Source of the DNA: a virus
Lineage: Duplodnaviria; Caudoviricetes
Length of the DNA stretch: 37,883 nucleotides
Direction: 5' to 3' (one strand)
IMG/VR virus record: IMGVR_UViG_3300030095_004537
Coordinates: 1 to 37,883 of that record
Within the stretch, counting starts at the first letter, position 1. The number at the start of each line of letters is the position of its first letter. The notes beneath the pieces are model-generated. The model was not told where the DNA came from and made no database searches. It saw only the letters and a list, made by a program, of their open reading frames with translations. The position numbers were made by a program, and so were the translations under genes. This document shows positions 1 to 8,883 of this stretch, in pieces.

Positions 1-2
1 GT

Positions 3-314
3 TGTGGTGATTTTCAGTTAGCACCAACATACTCATTAAGAGTGAGTGAAGATGATGATTGGATGCACAGTAGAAGTGTGTATTCAAAGTATGGTTCAGC
101 TGCTCCTAAGAACTTAATCAAAGCTATAGGACAAACCTTTTGGTTAAAGAAGGAAGCTAGTAAACATAGATACATTTATTTTCTTGGTAACAAAAAAGAG
201 AATAGACTTTATAAAAAAATGATGAAACATCCAATGATGGATTATCCTAAGAATTATCAACATGATGTTGAGATAACAAAAATAGAAGTAGAGAATGACA
301 AATGGAAAAATTAG
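3..314 (+). CDS. Mom-family (GNAT-like) DNA adenine-modification protein, C-terminal fragment (5'-truncated by window edge)
   Basis: Frame is open from base 3 (CGDFQLAPTYSLRVSEDDDWMHSRS...). HSRS and KHRYIYFL match the HSRS...KHIYVYYL C-terminus of the paralog at 2087-2728. Confidence 0.65.
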   Translation, partial: CGDFQLAPTYSLRVSEDDDWMHSRSVYSKYGSAAPKNLIKAIGQTFWLKKEASKHRYIYFLGNKKENRLYKKMMKHPMMDYPKNYQHDVEITKIEVENDKWKN

Positions 315-1225
315 AACATAGTTTATGGGTTGAGAAGTATCGGCCTACAACCTTAGACACTTACATAGGTAATGAACATCTGAAGAGTAAGGTGTCTGTT
401 TATCTTGAGAGTGGAGACTTACCACACCTTTTATTATATGGAAAGGCCGGTACAGGTAAAACCACTCTCGCTAAGTTATTGGTTAACAACATAGAATGTG
501 ACTATATGTACATCAACGCCTCCGATGAAAATAGTGTGGATACGGTTCGTACCAAAGTCCGTGGGTTCGCTTCGACTATGGGTTTCAAAGATTATAAGAT
601 TATAATCTTAGATGAGTGTGATTACATCACACCTAACGCTCAAGCCGCTTTGCGTAACCTTATGGAGACTTTCTCTAAGCACTGTAGGTTTATCCTGACT
701 TGTAACTTTGTAGAAAGAATAATTGACCCGATACAATCTCGTTGTCAATCATTTCAGGTAATACCACCATCAAAGAAAGAAGTTGCTATTCATATGACTA
801 ACATCCTAAAAGAAGAGAGTGTTGCTTCTAAGATGGATGATATAGCTGGGTTGGTAAATGCTGGTTATCCTGATATTCGTAGGGTGATAAACTCTTGTCA
901 AAGACAAGTCGTAGATGGTATGTTGGTTGTAGACAAACAATCTTTGGTTGAGAGTGACTATAAGATGAAGTTGATGGAAATAATTAAAAAAGAAAGTAAG
1001 AAAGATGCATTCAAGAGTGTTAGAAAGTTGTTGGCTGATAGTCAAGTAACAGACTTCGCTGAACTATATAAGTTAATGTATGATGAGGTAGATTCATATG
1101 GTACAGGACATATAGCAGAATGTATTTTGATTATAGCTAAGTATCAGTTATCGGATAGTCAGGTAGTTGATAAGGAGATAAATGCTATGGCTATGATAAT
1201 AGAACTATTAGGAGTGATAAAATGA
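302..1225 (+). CDS. Sliding-clamp loader AAA+ subunit (T4 gp44 / RFC small-subunit family)
   Basis: LWVEKYRP N-terminus, Walker A GKAGTGKT, INASDE, Walker B ILDECD, arginine-finger SRC motif, PDIRRVIN sensor. Confidence 0.95.
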   Translation: MEKLEHSLWVEKYRPTTLDTYIGNEHLKSKVSVYLESGDLPHLLLYGKAGTGKTTLAKLLVNNIECDYMYINASDENSVDTVRTKVRGFASTMGFKDYKIIILDECDYITPNAQAALRNLMETFSKHCRFILTCNFVERIIDPIQSRCQSFQVIPPSKKEVAIHMTNILKEESVASKMDDIAGLVNAGYPDIRRVINSCQRQVVDGMLVVDKQSLVESDYKMKLMEIIKKESKKDAFKSVRKLLADSQVTDFAELYKLMYDEVDSYGTGHIAECILIIAKYQLSDSQVVDKEINAMAMIIELLGVIK

Positions 1226-1470
1226 GTACGAAACCAATGAAACCATTAGGTGGAAAACAACCACCACAACAAGAAATAAGTATAGAAGATACAGAATCAA
1301 TTAAGTGTGATGATTGTGGTAACTATTCTTTTATTAAATCTTATTTTATAAGAAGAATATCACCAATCGTATCCCCAACAGGACAAGAAGCATTAGTACC
1401 AATCGAAGTATTCAGTTGTGGTAATTGTGGTAAAGTACCAGACTCAATGATGCCAAAAGGCGATGACTAA
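1222..1470 (+). CDS. Small Zn-ribbon protein
   Basis: CDDC ... CGNC pair. ATGA-coupled to the clamp-loader gene, with AGGAG upstream. Confidence 0.7.
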   Translation: MSTKPMKPLGGKQPPQQEISIEDTESIKCDDCGNYSFIKSYFIRRISPIVSPTGQEALVPIEVFSCGNCGKVPDSMMPKGDD

Positions 1471-1702
1471 TCCAACACTACCACCAAACTGGTTATTAAC
1501 ACTTTGGTTAGTTACTTTATTAACAGTAGTTGGTACTGAAACATATAGATATATGAATAAAAATAACGAAGCCGGTAAAGGCGACAAATTAAGAAGAGGA
1601 ATTTCTCAAGATGAGTGGGAAAAGAAGTGGAAAAAAATCTTTGGTAAAAAAGAAAAGTCTGTTCGACCACATAAATCAGATAACAGCAACTCAGAATCCT
1701 AA
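1463..1702 (+). CDS. Small hypothetical protein (possible alternative start ATG 1553)
   Basis: Hydrophobic N-terminus, then GKGDKLRR...WKKIFG, a pattern I recall from small phage proteins. 3' end overlaps the next ORF by 92 nt. Confidence 0.45.
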   Translation: MTNPTLPPNWLLTLWLVTLLTVVGTETYRYMNKNNEAGKGDKLRRGISQDEWEKKWKKIFGKKEKSVRPHKSDNSNSES

Positions 1703-2087
1703 CTATTGGGATGATATATCAGACGAAGACAAGAAGTCTTGGTCTAATTATATGGTAAATAGATTTCTATCTATGAACTCTGATTGGACAGATTTGGTTA
1801 ATGAGATTCAGAAGTATCCTATTGAACCTAAAGATTTATATAAAGTTTATACAAGCATCTTACCAAAGAAAAAACAATGGTTAAGATATATCAAAGGAGA
1901 TAAAAAAATGAAGTATCCAATATGGGTTTACGAAATAGTCGGTAAACATTTACAATGTAGTATTAAAGAAGCTAATGAAGCAGTAGAGATGTATCGTATA
2001 TCAGCTGGTGGACAATCAGAGTTAGCAGACATCATGTTTAAGTATGGTGTAGAAGATAAAGAAGTAAGGAAGCTTGGACTTATATAG
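1611..2087 (+). CDS. Clamp-loader accessory subunit (T4 gp62-like)
   Basis: NYMVNRFLSM...LVNEIQ...ILPKKKQWLRYIK resembles the gp62 family. Lies just downstream of the gp44-like gene. Confidence 0.75.
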   Translation: MSGKRSGKKSLVKKKSLFDHINQITATQNPNYWDDISDEDKKSWSNYMVNRFLSMNSDWTDLVNEIQKYPIEPKDLYKVYTSILPKKKQWLRYIKGDKKMKYPIWVYEIVGKHLQCSIKEANEAVEMYRISAGGQSELADIMFKYGVEDKEVRKLGLI

Positions 2088-2728
2088 TGTCTGTTACCAA
2101 CTTCACAGTCGAATCAATACCAAGAAAATCATTAGTACCTTTCGTAGAAAAACATCACTACTCACATAATACAAATGGTGTACAATCGATATACCATTTT
2201 GGGTTATATGGTGAAGGTAACTTTGGTTTACCTAAGATGATTGGAGCAGCTATGTATGCTTATCCATCTATGCCTGATACCGCTAAAAAGTACAATCCAA
2301 TCAATCCAACTAAGTGTTTAGAACTTAGAAGGTTGGTTTGTATTGATGATACACCTAAGAATACAGAAAGTTATTTTATAGGACAAACTTTCAGATGGTT
2401 AAAACAAAATACAGATATGGAAGTTGTAGTATCATTTGCTGATGGACATCATGGACACACAGGTGTGATATACAAAGCTACTAACTTTGAGTATTGGGGT
2501 GAGACTGCTGGTGGTAGGATACTGATTGTAGATGGAAAGGAAACACATAGTCGGTCACTTAATCAGATAAAGAGGCCGTATGGTAGAGAATTGAATCGTA
2601 GATATAAAGCTGGTGACGAAAATATATTTTGGAAGAAGACAAAACCAAAGCATATTTATGTATACTATCTAAACAAAAGAATCAAAAGACAAATAAAAAA
2701 GCTTGACTTTATCAAAAAAAAGTCGTAG
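2087..2728 (+). CDS. Mom-family (GNAT-like) DNA adenine-modification protein
   Basis: HHYSH, ELRRLVCIDDTPKNTESYFI, VSFAD..HGHTGVIYKATNF are characteristic of phage Mu Mom-like proteins. GTG start coupled to the previous stop. Confidence 0.8.
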   Translation: MSVTNFTVESIPRKSLVPFVEKHHYSHNTNGVQSIYHFGLYGEGNFGLPKMIGAAMYAYPSMPDTAKKYNPINPTKCLELRRLVCIDDTPKNTESYFIGQTFRWLKQNTDMEVVVSFADGHHGHTGVIYKATNFEYWGETAGGRILIVDGKETHSRSLNQIKRPYGRELNRRYKAGDENIFWKKTKPKHIYVYYLNKRIKRQIKKLDFIKKKS

Positions 2729-2733
2729 CTTTA
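2702..2733 (+). promoter_or_regulatory. sigma70-type phage promoter, copy 1 (TTGACT-N17-TAGCTT)
   Basis: CTTGACTT...TCGTAGCTTTA. The same flanking words recur at 35481-35513. Followed by GGAG and ATG 2755. Confidence 0.65.
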
Positions 2734-2754
2734 TACTGTAAATTGGAGAGTTAT

Positions 2755-3135
2755 ATGAAGGTTATAAAAGACACATCTAAAGGAACAGAAGAATACACAG
2801 ATATTGTATCCTATATGGAAGAGAAATATCCTGAGATGACATCGGAGTTCAAGAAAATACAACAAGAACAATATGAATTGTTTCTTCACAAACAACACGA
2901 CTATGGCCCACAGAATATAGCCGTTGGTCAGATGTTGGTAAATGAAGAAGAGAAGAGACTATCTCTTATGGGTATTTGGTTTAGGATAAATGATAAAGTA
3001 GAACGAATCAAAACCATACTAATGCGTGGAGACAATGGTTCTCTTGAAGGTGAAGGTTTGGTAGATAGTTATTCAGACATATCTAACTATGGAGTTATGG
3101 CTCAAGTAGTAGCTAGAGGAAAGTGGGCTAAGTGA
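2755..3135 (+). CDS. DUF1599 / nucleotide-modification-associated all-alpha protein (MazG/dUTPase-like fold)
   Basis: KQHDYGPQNI...RINDKVERI...DSYSDISNYG pattern. Start moved to ATG 2755 behind GGAGAG. Confidence 0.75.
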   Translation: MKVIKDTSKGTEEYTDIVSYMEEKYPEMTSEFKKIQQEQYELFLHKQHDYGPQNIAVGQMLVNEEEKRLSLMGIWFRINDKVERIKTILMRGDNGSLEGEGLVDSYSDISNYGVMAQVVARGKWAK

Positions 3136-3998
3136 AGAAGATAAGTTATAGTCAGTACTCAATGTGGGCTCAATGTCCACATAGATGGAAAACAGCATAC
3201 ATCGATGGGAACAGAGAGTTCTCGGATAATATACATACGCTCTTCGGTACATCAATGCATGAGGTTATACAAACCTTTCTAACAGTTATGTACAACGACA
3301 CAGCAAAGATGGCTGAGGCTCTACCATTAGAAGATATGTTGCTTACCAGAATGAAGAGAAACTTTGAAAGAGTGTTAGAAACAAATGGTGGTGAGATGTT
3401 CTGTACTGAAAAGGATATGGTGGAGTTCTATCAGCATGGTGTGGAGATACTAAAATTTATTAAGAAGAGAAGAGCTCAATACTTTAGTAAGAAAGGTTAT
3501 GAACTCGTTGGTATAGAGGTTCCACTAAACTATGACTTACCAAACAACATAAAGTTTGTTGGTTATATAGATATTGTAATCAAAGACACTGTAAGAGATG
3601 TAATTAAGATATATGATATAAAGACATCTACTATGGGTTGGAATAAGTGGATGAAGGCTGACAAGAATAAGACAGACCAATTATTATTATACAAACAATT
3701 CTACTCAAAACAATTCAATCATCCTATGGATAAAATAGAAGTGGAATACTTTATTGTAAAGAGAAAGCTGTATGAGAACTTAGACTTCCCTCAAAAGAGA
3801 GTTCAAAAGTTTGTACCAGCAAATGGTAAACCATCAATCAATCAGGTTGTAAAAAGATTAGATGAATTTATAAAAGATGGGTTTAATGATGATGGAGAAT
3901 ATCGAACTGAACATATTTATAGAAAAGAGGCATCTAAGAAAAATTGTAAGTATTGTGATTTTAACCAAACAGAATTTTGTGACGCAGGAGTAAAGTAA
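3132..3998 (+). CDS. PD-(D/E)XK exonuclease, Cas4/RecB/AddB-like, with Fe-S cysteines
   Basis: ISYSQ..CP, FGTSMHE, GYIDIV...DIKTS, QLLLY, C-terminal CKYC...C. Confidence 0.85.
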   Translation: MKKISYSQYSMWAQCPHRWKTAYIDGNREFSDNIHTLFGTSMHEVIQTFLTVMYNDTAKMAEALPLEDMLLTRMKRNFERVLETNGGEMFCTEKDMVEFYQHGVEILKFIKKRRAQYFSKKGYELVGIEVPLNYDLPNNIKFVGYIDIVIKDTVRDVIKIYDIKTSTMGWNKWMKADKNKTDQLLLYKQFYSKQFNHPMDKIEVEYFIVKRKLYENLDFPQKRVQKFVPANGKPSINQVVKRLDEFIKDGFNDDGEYRTEHIYRKEASKKNCKYCDFNQTEFCDAGVK

Positions 3999-4429
3999 TG
4001 AAGATAAGCTTGAGAATGAACCTTTCTGATTTCATCAATAAGGATAACGAAAAAGTTATTATTGACAAATTGGAAAGTATACATAACGATGATATAAAGT
4101 ATTATCTAACTTTATGGTATAAAGATGGGACTGTAACACCACAAGATATAAAAAGATTTCTATTAGACTATGAGTCTAATCTACACTTTAAGACAAAGAT
4201 AAAAGTAGATGGTAGGTTACATCCAAATGATTTTATCTGGTATGATATAGTCAGTAGAGAAAATGTAAATCCAAAGCAAAGGGTTAGATTTCAACATATC
4301 TACGACAATGATATTCAGATGTTAAAAGCTATTGATGAGTTTCATAAAGCAGCTAAGTTCTGTACTTCGGAGAAACCACCAAGAGTTCAAAAGAGGAATG
4401 ACTATGAGAGTAGCAATAGTAGGAAGTAG
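3998..4429 (+). CDS. Hypothetical protein
   Basis: 143-aa ORF, TAATG-coupled, AGGAG upstream. No recognised motif. Confidence 0.6.
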   Translation: MKISLRMNLSDFINKDNEKVIIDKLESIHNDDIKYYLTLWYKDGTVTPQDIKRFLLDYESNLHFKTKIKVDGRLHPNDFIWYDIVSRENVNPKQRVRFQHIYDNDIQMLKAIDEFHKAAKFCTSEKPPRVQKRNDYESSNSRK

Positions 4430-4805
4430 AAAGTATACAAATAAAAGGCGTATACAAGAGTTTGTATTTAAACTAAAGCAGAAGTATGGTGAAGAGTTAG
4501 AGATAGTAAGTGGTGGACAAAAAGATGGTGCTGATGGGTATGCTAAAAAGTATGCTTTAGAGTTTGATATAAAATATTCAGAATTTCCACCATCACATTA
4601 CGCTTATAACCAACATTGTGTTCTTGAAAGTTATAAGTATGGAAGACCATATGCAACTTGGCATTATCACGATAGGAATAAAAAGATAGTAGAATATAGT
4701 GATGTCGTAGCAGCATTCATACCCAAAGATACCACATCCAAAGGGACAGAAAGTACACTAAAAGAAGCACAGAAAAAAGAAAAAAAATATTGTATAATAA
4801 GTTAG
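4404..4805 (+). CDS. SLOG-superfamily (DUF2493/YspA-like) protein
   Basis: MRVAIVGSR, IVSGG..GAD..A, RNKKIVEYSD, SKGT motifs. Start ATG 4404 behind GAGG. Confidence 0.8.
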   Translation: MRVAIVGSRKYTNKRRIQEFVFKLKQKYGEELEIVSGGQKDGADGYAKKYALEFDIKYSEFPPSHYAYNQHCVLESYKYGRPYATWHYHDRNKKIVEYSDVVAAFIPKDTTSKGTESTLKEAQKKEKKYCIIS

Positions 4806-4808
4806 TTT

Positions 4809-4820
4809 CTATATACTTAT
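4809..4820 (+). promoter_or_regulatory. Intergenic 12-mer CTATATACTTAT, copy 1 (candidate late promoter or operator)
   Basis: Exact copy at 37144-37155. Both copies lie in short intergenic gaps upstream of GGAG-preceded genes. Confidence 0.4.
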
Positions 4821-4844
4821 ATACATATATACGGAGGAAATGTT

Positions 4845-5033
4845 ATGTTAAAACTAACATCCGTAAAGTTATTAGACAATCTTTATAAGAAATTCAAAAT
4901 AAGCAATTTAGATGATAACTTTACATTACAAAAACTAATCAATCGTTCAATGGATTTGTATGTTCACAACGATAATTTCAGAAAACAAATTAATGAATGG
5001 GAAAACCTTAAACCAAGTGGGAGTGCATTATGA
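4845..5033 (+). CDS. Small putative ribbon-helix-helix DNA-binding protein
   Basis: LTSVKL strand, then two helices (LYKKFK / LQKLINRSMDLY). Strong GGAGG SD. Confidence 0.5.
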   Translation: MLKLTSVKLLDNLYKKFKISNLDDNFTLQKLINRSMDLYVHNDNFRKQINEWENLKPSGSAL

Positions 5034-5263
5034 GAACTGATTTAATTAAGGCTAGTGAATTACACTTCAAAGCACATATTGAAAAACATAGAATCAATAT
5101 AGAAAATTTACTAGAAAAAGGTGTGGGTGTTGCTGAACATCCTGATATTATGAAAACGATAGAAAAAGAGTTAGAGATTATGGCTGAATATGATGATAAG
5201 CTATCTGTTCTAAAAAAGTACTTTAGTATCGACAATGGTTCTAAAGGGGTTATAAATGGCTAA
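5030..5263 (+). CDS. Conserved T4-like phage hypothetical protein
   Basis: KHRINIENLL..GVGVAEHPDI..IEKEL...YDDKLSVLKKYF resembles a family I recall from marine T4-like phages. Confidence 0.65.
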   Translation: MRTDLIKASELHFKAHIEKHRINIENLLEKGVGVAEHPDIMKTIEKELEIMAEYDDKLSVLKKYFSIDNGSKGVING

Positions 5264-6650
5264 GAAAAAGATTTTATTATTATCAGATGATTTAAGAATG
5301 TCATCTGGTGTGGGTACAATGTCAAGAGAGTTTGTATTAGGGACTCTCAAACATTATGATTGGGTACAAGTTGGTGGTGCTATAAAACATCCTGATGAAG
5401 GTAAGATTATAGATATGAACGAATCTGTAAGCAAGGACACTGGTGTAAAAGACGCTTATCTAAAAATATACCCAACAAGTGGTTATGGAAATCCTGACAT
5501 GATTAGACAGATTATCAATATGGAAAACGGAGTAGATGCTATTTTACATTACACAGACCCAAGATTTTGGGGATGGTTATATCAGATGGAGCATGAGATA
5601 AGAAAAACTACACCAATATTCTATTACAATATATGGGATGATTTACCATACCCACGATGGAATGAACCATTCTATGAGTCGTGTGATTTGATTATGAATA
5701 TATCTAAACAAACAGTCAATATTGTAGATAATGTTTGTCAGATTAAACCAAGAACAGATTGGGATAACACTTACATACCACATGGTATAAATGAAAATAA
5801 CTTTTATCCTATTGACTCATCACATAAAGAATGGGGTGATTTACTTCAGTTTAAAAGAAATGCAACAAATGGTAAAGACTATAAATACATAGTATTTTGG
5901 AACAATAGAAATATTAGAAGAAAACTGCCAGGTGATGTTATAATGGCTTACAAACATTTCTGTGATATGTTACCAAAAGAAGAAGCTGAAAAATGTGCTC
6001 TTATAATGCACACCCAACCAAGAGATGAAAATGGTACAGATTTACCAGAGGTTGTAAAACAAGTTTGTCCAGATTATGATGTTATATTTTCACATCAAAA
6101 GTTAAGTGATAGAGAACTTTGTTTCTTATACAATATAGCTGATGTGTGTATGAACATGGCTTCTAATGAGGGTTTTGGTTTAGGAACTTGTGAGGCTCTA
6201 ATGTGTGGTACACCAATATCAGTAAATGTTACAGGTGGATTACAAGACCAATGTGGTTTTAGATACAAAGGTGAGTTTATAACTTATAAAGACTATAGTT
6301 GGATTCACTCATTACATGATGAGAAGAAGTGGAAAGACAACGAAGATTTGACTCATGGTGAATGGGTAAAGCCGGTATGGCCGTCTAATAGAAGTCTACA
6401 AGGTTCAATACCTACACCATATATCTATGATGACAGACCTCGTTCAGAGGACTTTGCTGATGCTCTAAAAGAGTGGTATGATATGGGAGACGATGAAAGA
6501 AAAAGATGTGGTAAGTTAGGTCATGAGTTTGTTATGAGTGATGATGCTAGTATGTCAGCCACCGCTATGTCTAATTTATTCATAGAACATATGGATACTA
6601 CATTTGAGAAGTGGACACCCCGCAAACGATTTACAATGTTTAAAGCATAG
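5256..6650 (+). CDS. GT-B glycosyltransferase (GT4-like)
   Basis: SSGVGT N-terminal loop, IPHGI, NRNIRRK, NEGFGL..EALMCGTP donor-binding motif. Confidence 0.9.
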   Translation: MAKKKILLLSDDLRMSSGVGTMSREFVLGTLKHYDWVQVGGAIKHPDEGKIIDMNESVSKDTGVKDAYLKIYPTSGYGNPDMIRQIINMENGVDAILHYTDPRFWGWLYQMEHEIRKTTPIFYYNIWDDLPYPRWNEPFYESCDLIMNISKQTVNIVDNVCQIKPRTDWDNTYIPHGINENNFYPIDSSHKEWGDLLQFKRNATNGKDYKYIVFWNNRNIRRKLPGDVIMAYKHFCDMLPKEEAEKCALIMHTQPRDENGTDLPEVVKQVCPDYDVIFSHQKLSDRELCFLYNIADVCMNMASNEGFGLGTCEALMCGTPISVNVTGGLQDQCGFRYKGEFITYKDYSWIHSLHDEKKWKDNEDLTHGEWVKPVWPSNRSLQGSIPTPYIYDDRPRSEDFADALKEWYDMGDDERKRCGKLGHEFVMSDDASMSATAMSNLFIEHMDTTFEKWTPRKRFTMFKA

Positions 6651-6658
6651 GAGTTATA

Positions 6659-7993
6659 ATGAAACCATTAATGTTAATTACAGGACCAGTTGCTACAAGA
6701 AGTGGGTATGGTTCACATAGTAGAGATTTATGTAGAAGTTTAATAGCTATGGATAAGTTTGATATAAAGATTAATTCACTTCGTTGGGGTAATTGTCCAA
6801 TGAATGCTTTAGATGAAAGTAAACCAGAGGATGTAGAAATACTCAGTAGGATACTTTCTACAAATGAATTAGAAAGACAGCCTGAGGTTCATGTACAGAT
6901 AAGTGTACCAAATGAATTTACACCGATAGCTAAGTACAATATAGGTATAACTGCTGGTATAGAAAATACGGCACCAAAAGCTGAATGGATTCAAGGTATG
7001 AATAGAATGAATATGAATATCGTTCCATCTAAGTTTGTTAAAGGTATATTTGAATCAGTTACATATGAAGAAATAAATGAACAGACAAAACAAAAGACAG
7101 GTGAACTAAAATGCACATCACCAATCGAAGTTCTTTTTGAAGGAGCTGATACTAAAATATATGGTAAGACAAAAGATATATCAGATGAATTAAAAACTGA
7201 GATGGATAATATTGAAGAAAGATTCGTATTCTTATACACAGGACATTGGTTGCAAGGTGAATTAGGACAGGATAGAAAAGATACAGGTATGTTACTACAG
7301 ACTTTTTTAGAAACATTTAAGAATAAACCTAATCCACCAGCATTAGTTATGAAAACAAGTGGTGCTACTTTCTCCATTATAGATAGAAATGAAATCAAAG
7401 GTAAGATAGAAGAGATAAAAGCTACTGTAAAGGGTAAGTTACCTCCTGTTTACTTCTTACATGGTGACTTAACTGATAAAGAAATGAATCAGATGTATAA
7501 TCACCCAAAGGTAAAGGCTCATATTACTTTTACTCATGGTGAGGGTTTTGGTCGTCCTTTACTAGAAGCTAGTCTATCAGAAAAGATAGTCATCGCTCCT
7601 AATTGGAGTGGACATGTAGATTTTTTAAACAAAAACAATTCAGTTCTTTTGCCAGGTATAATGACAGATGTTCACAAATCAGCATTACCTAAAGAGATGT
7701 TAGTTGAAGGTGCTAAGTGGTTTACTGTAAATTATCAGTACGCTTCACAAGTTATGAAAGATGTACTCAAGAACAACAGAAAATATGTGATGATGGCTAA
7801 GAAACAATCTATGTATAATAGAGTGAACTTTTCTATGGATAAGATGACTAAAGAATTTGGTAAAATATTAGATAAATATTTACCAAGTTTTAAAGAACAA
7901 CCACAGCAAGTTGATTTGAAGTTACCAAAGCTAAAAAAAGTTGGTGGTGATAAACCTAAAGAAATAAAATTACCGAAACTAAAGAAGGTTTAA
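6659..7993 (+). CDS. GT-B glycosyltransferase (GT4-like) with basic repeated C-terminal tail
   Basis: RSGYG, DRK, GEGFGRPLLEA, WSGHVDF. Tail carries KLPKLKKV twice. Confidence 0.9.
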   Translation: MKPLMLITGPVATRSGYGSHSRDLCRSLIAMDKFDIKINSLRWGNCPMNALDESKPEDVEILSRILSTNELERQPEVHVQISVPNEFTPIAKYNIGITAGIENTAPKAEWIQGMNRMNMNIVPSKFVKGIFESVTYEEINEQTKQKTGELKCTSPIEVLFEGADTKIYGKTKDISDELKTEMDNIEERFVFLYTGHWLQGELGQDRKDTGMLLQTFLETFKNKPNPPALVMKTSGATFSIIDRNEIKGKIEEIKATVKGKLPPVYFLHGDLTDKEMNQMYNHPKVKAHITFTHGEGFGRPLLEASLSEKIVIAPNWSGHVDFLNKNNSVLLPGIMTDVHKSALPKEMLVEGAKWFTVNYQYASQVMKDVLKNNRKYVMMAKKQSMYNRVNFSMDKMTKEFGKILDKYLPSFKEQPQQVDLKLPKLKKVGGDKPKEIKLPKLKKV

Positions 7994-7994
7994 T

Positions 7995-8450
7995 ATGGAA
8001 CAGAAATCAAAATGTCCTCTATGTAATGATTTATATGATAATTGTTTTGTAGAACAAACAGTAATAGAAGATAAACCATTTGAATCTTATATGTGCTTTC
8101 AATGCGGTATGACTTCTAATTCTTATCTAGCTTTCGATAGTGACAAGCTAGAAGAGTACACAAAGAGTCACAGTGAACTAATGAATGACTTAAAGATAAT
8201 GGATGAAGAGAGGGGTATAGTATGGTTTCCATCCGTAATCAATATGGGTGAAAAAGGTATTATATATCCTGATGGAACTCTTACTGATTGGCATTGGTAT
8301 TATGCTAAGGTTATAGATATACCTGAAGAGGATAGAGAAAAATATGATGGGCATGAGAAAAGACTAGATGTAGAGAACTCTGAAAAATTTGGTCAGTTTG
8401 AATTTATGGAAGCGTGTAAATCTATGGGGATAATAAAAGACAATGGCTAA
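7995..8450 (+). CDS. Hypothetical protein with N-terminal Zn ribbon
   Basis: CPLC ... CFQC. Confidence 0.65.
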   Translation: MEQKSKCPLCNDLYDNCFVEQTVIEDKPFESYMCFQCGMTSNSYLAFDSDKLEEYTKSHSELMNDLKIMDEERGIVWFPSVINMGEKGIIYPDGTLTDWHWYYAKVIDIPEEDREKYDGHEKRLDVENSEKFGQFEFMEACKSMGIIKDNG

Positions 8451-8883
8451 ACTACCTTACAGTTGGAATAAAGTAAGTCCTGGTGACATAGTATCTTTCG
8501 TCTATGAAAATAAAGATGGTAGAAAACTTCGTAGAACTATATTAGTGTTAGACCCAAAGTTAAGAAACAGAGCTAAAAATCCATCAAGTCAGTATTTGGT
8601 TCATGGTATTCAGTTAGAGGTATCCAATCAACCAACATTAGTACAGATGAAAACCCTTTTAGAACAAGCTGGTGCAACAGAGATAGTTGATGAGAAGAAA
8701 AAAATATACAGAGTTCAGTTAGATGGTACTGCTAGACAAATTTACAAAAAGATGAGAACTATAATAAACAAATATGGTATCTACAGAAGTTATAATTACG
8801 ATAAGGCTAGAAAGAGTTCAGTAACATTAGAAGATTTAAGATTACCAACACAATTTGTGCAAGAGTTAAGAAATGAAAATTAG
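8443..8883 (+). CDS. Hypothetical basic protein
   Basis: 146-aa coupled ORF. PGDIVSFVY...HGIQL...YRSY is weakly reminiscent of T4 gp2/WYL-like folds. Confidence 0.55.
   Translation: MAKLPYSWNKVSPGDIVSFVYENKDGRKLRRTILVLDPKLRNRAKNPSSQYLVHGIQLEVSNQPTLVQMKTLLEQAGATEIVDEKKKIYRVQLDGTARQIYKKMRTIINKYGIYRSYNYDKARKSSVTLEDLRLPTQFVQELRNEN

Noticed and set aside
302-1225. Archaeal or eukaryotic-virus origin suggested by the RFC-like gene
   Set aside because: The adjacent gp62-like gene, Mom-like genes, sigma70-type promoters, AGGAG SDs and operonic overlaps fit a bacteriophage better.
1646-1652. A-AAA-AAG slippery heptamer in the gp62-like gene (dnaX-like -1 frameshift)
   Set aside because: It sits near codon 12, a shift would give only a ~30-aa peptide, no stimulatory hairpin is visible, and such runs are frequent in A-rich lysine tracts.
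3132-3998. CRISPR-Cas system suggested by the Cas4-like nuclease
   Set aside because: No repeat-spacer array or other cas genes in the window. Solo Cas4-like exonucleases are common in phages.
8443-8883. T4 gp2 DNA end-protector assignment
   Set aside because: Only scattered similarity; the fuller gp2 motif is not evident, so it is left as hypothetical.
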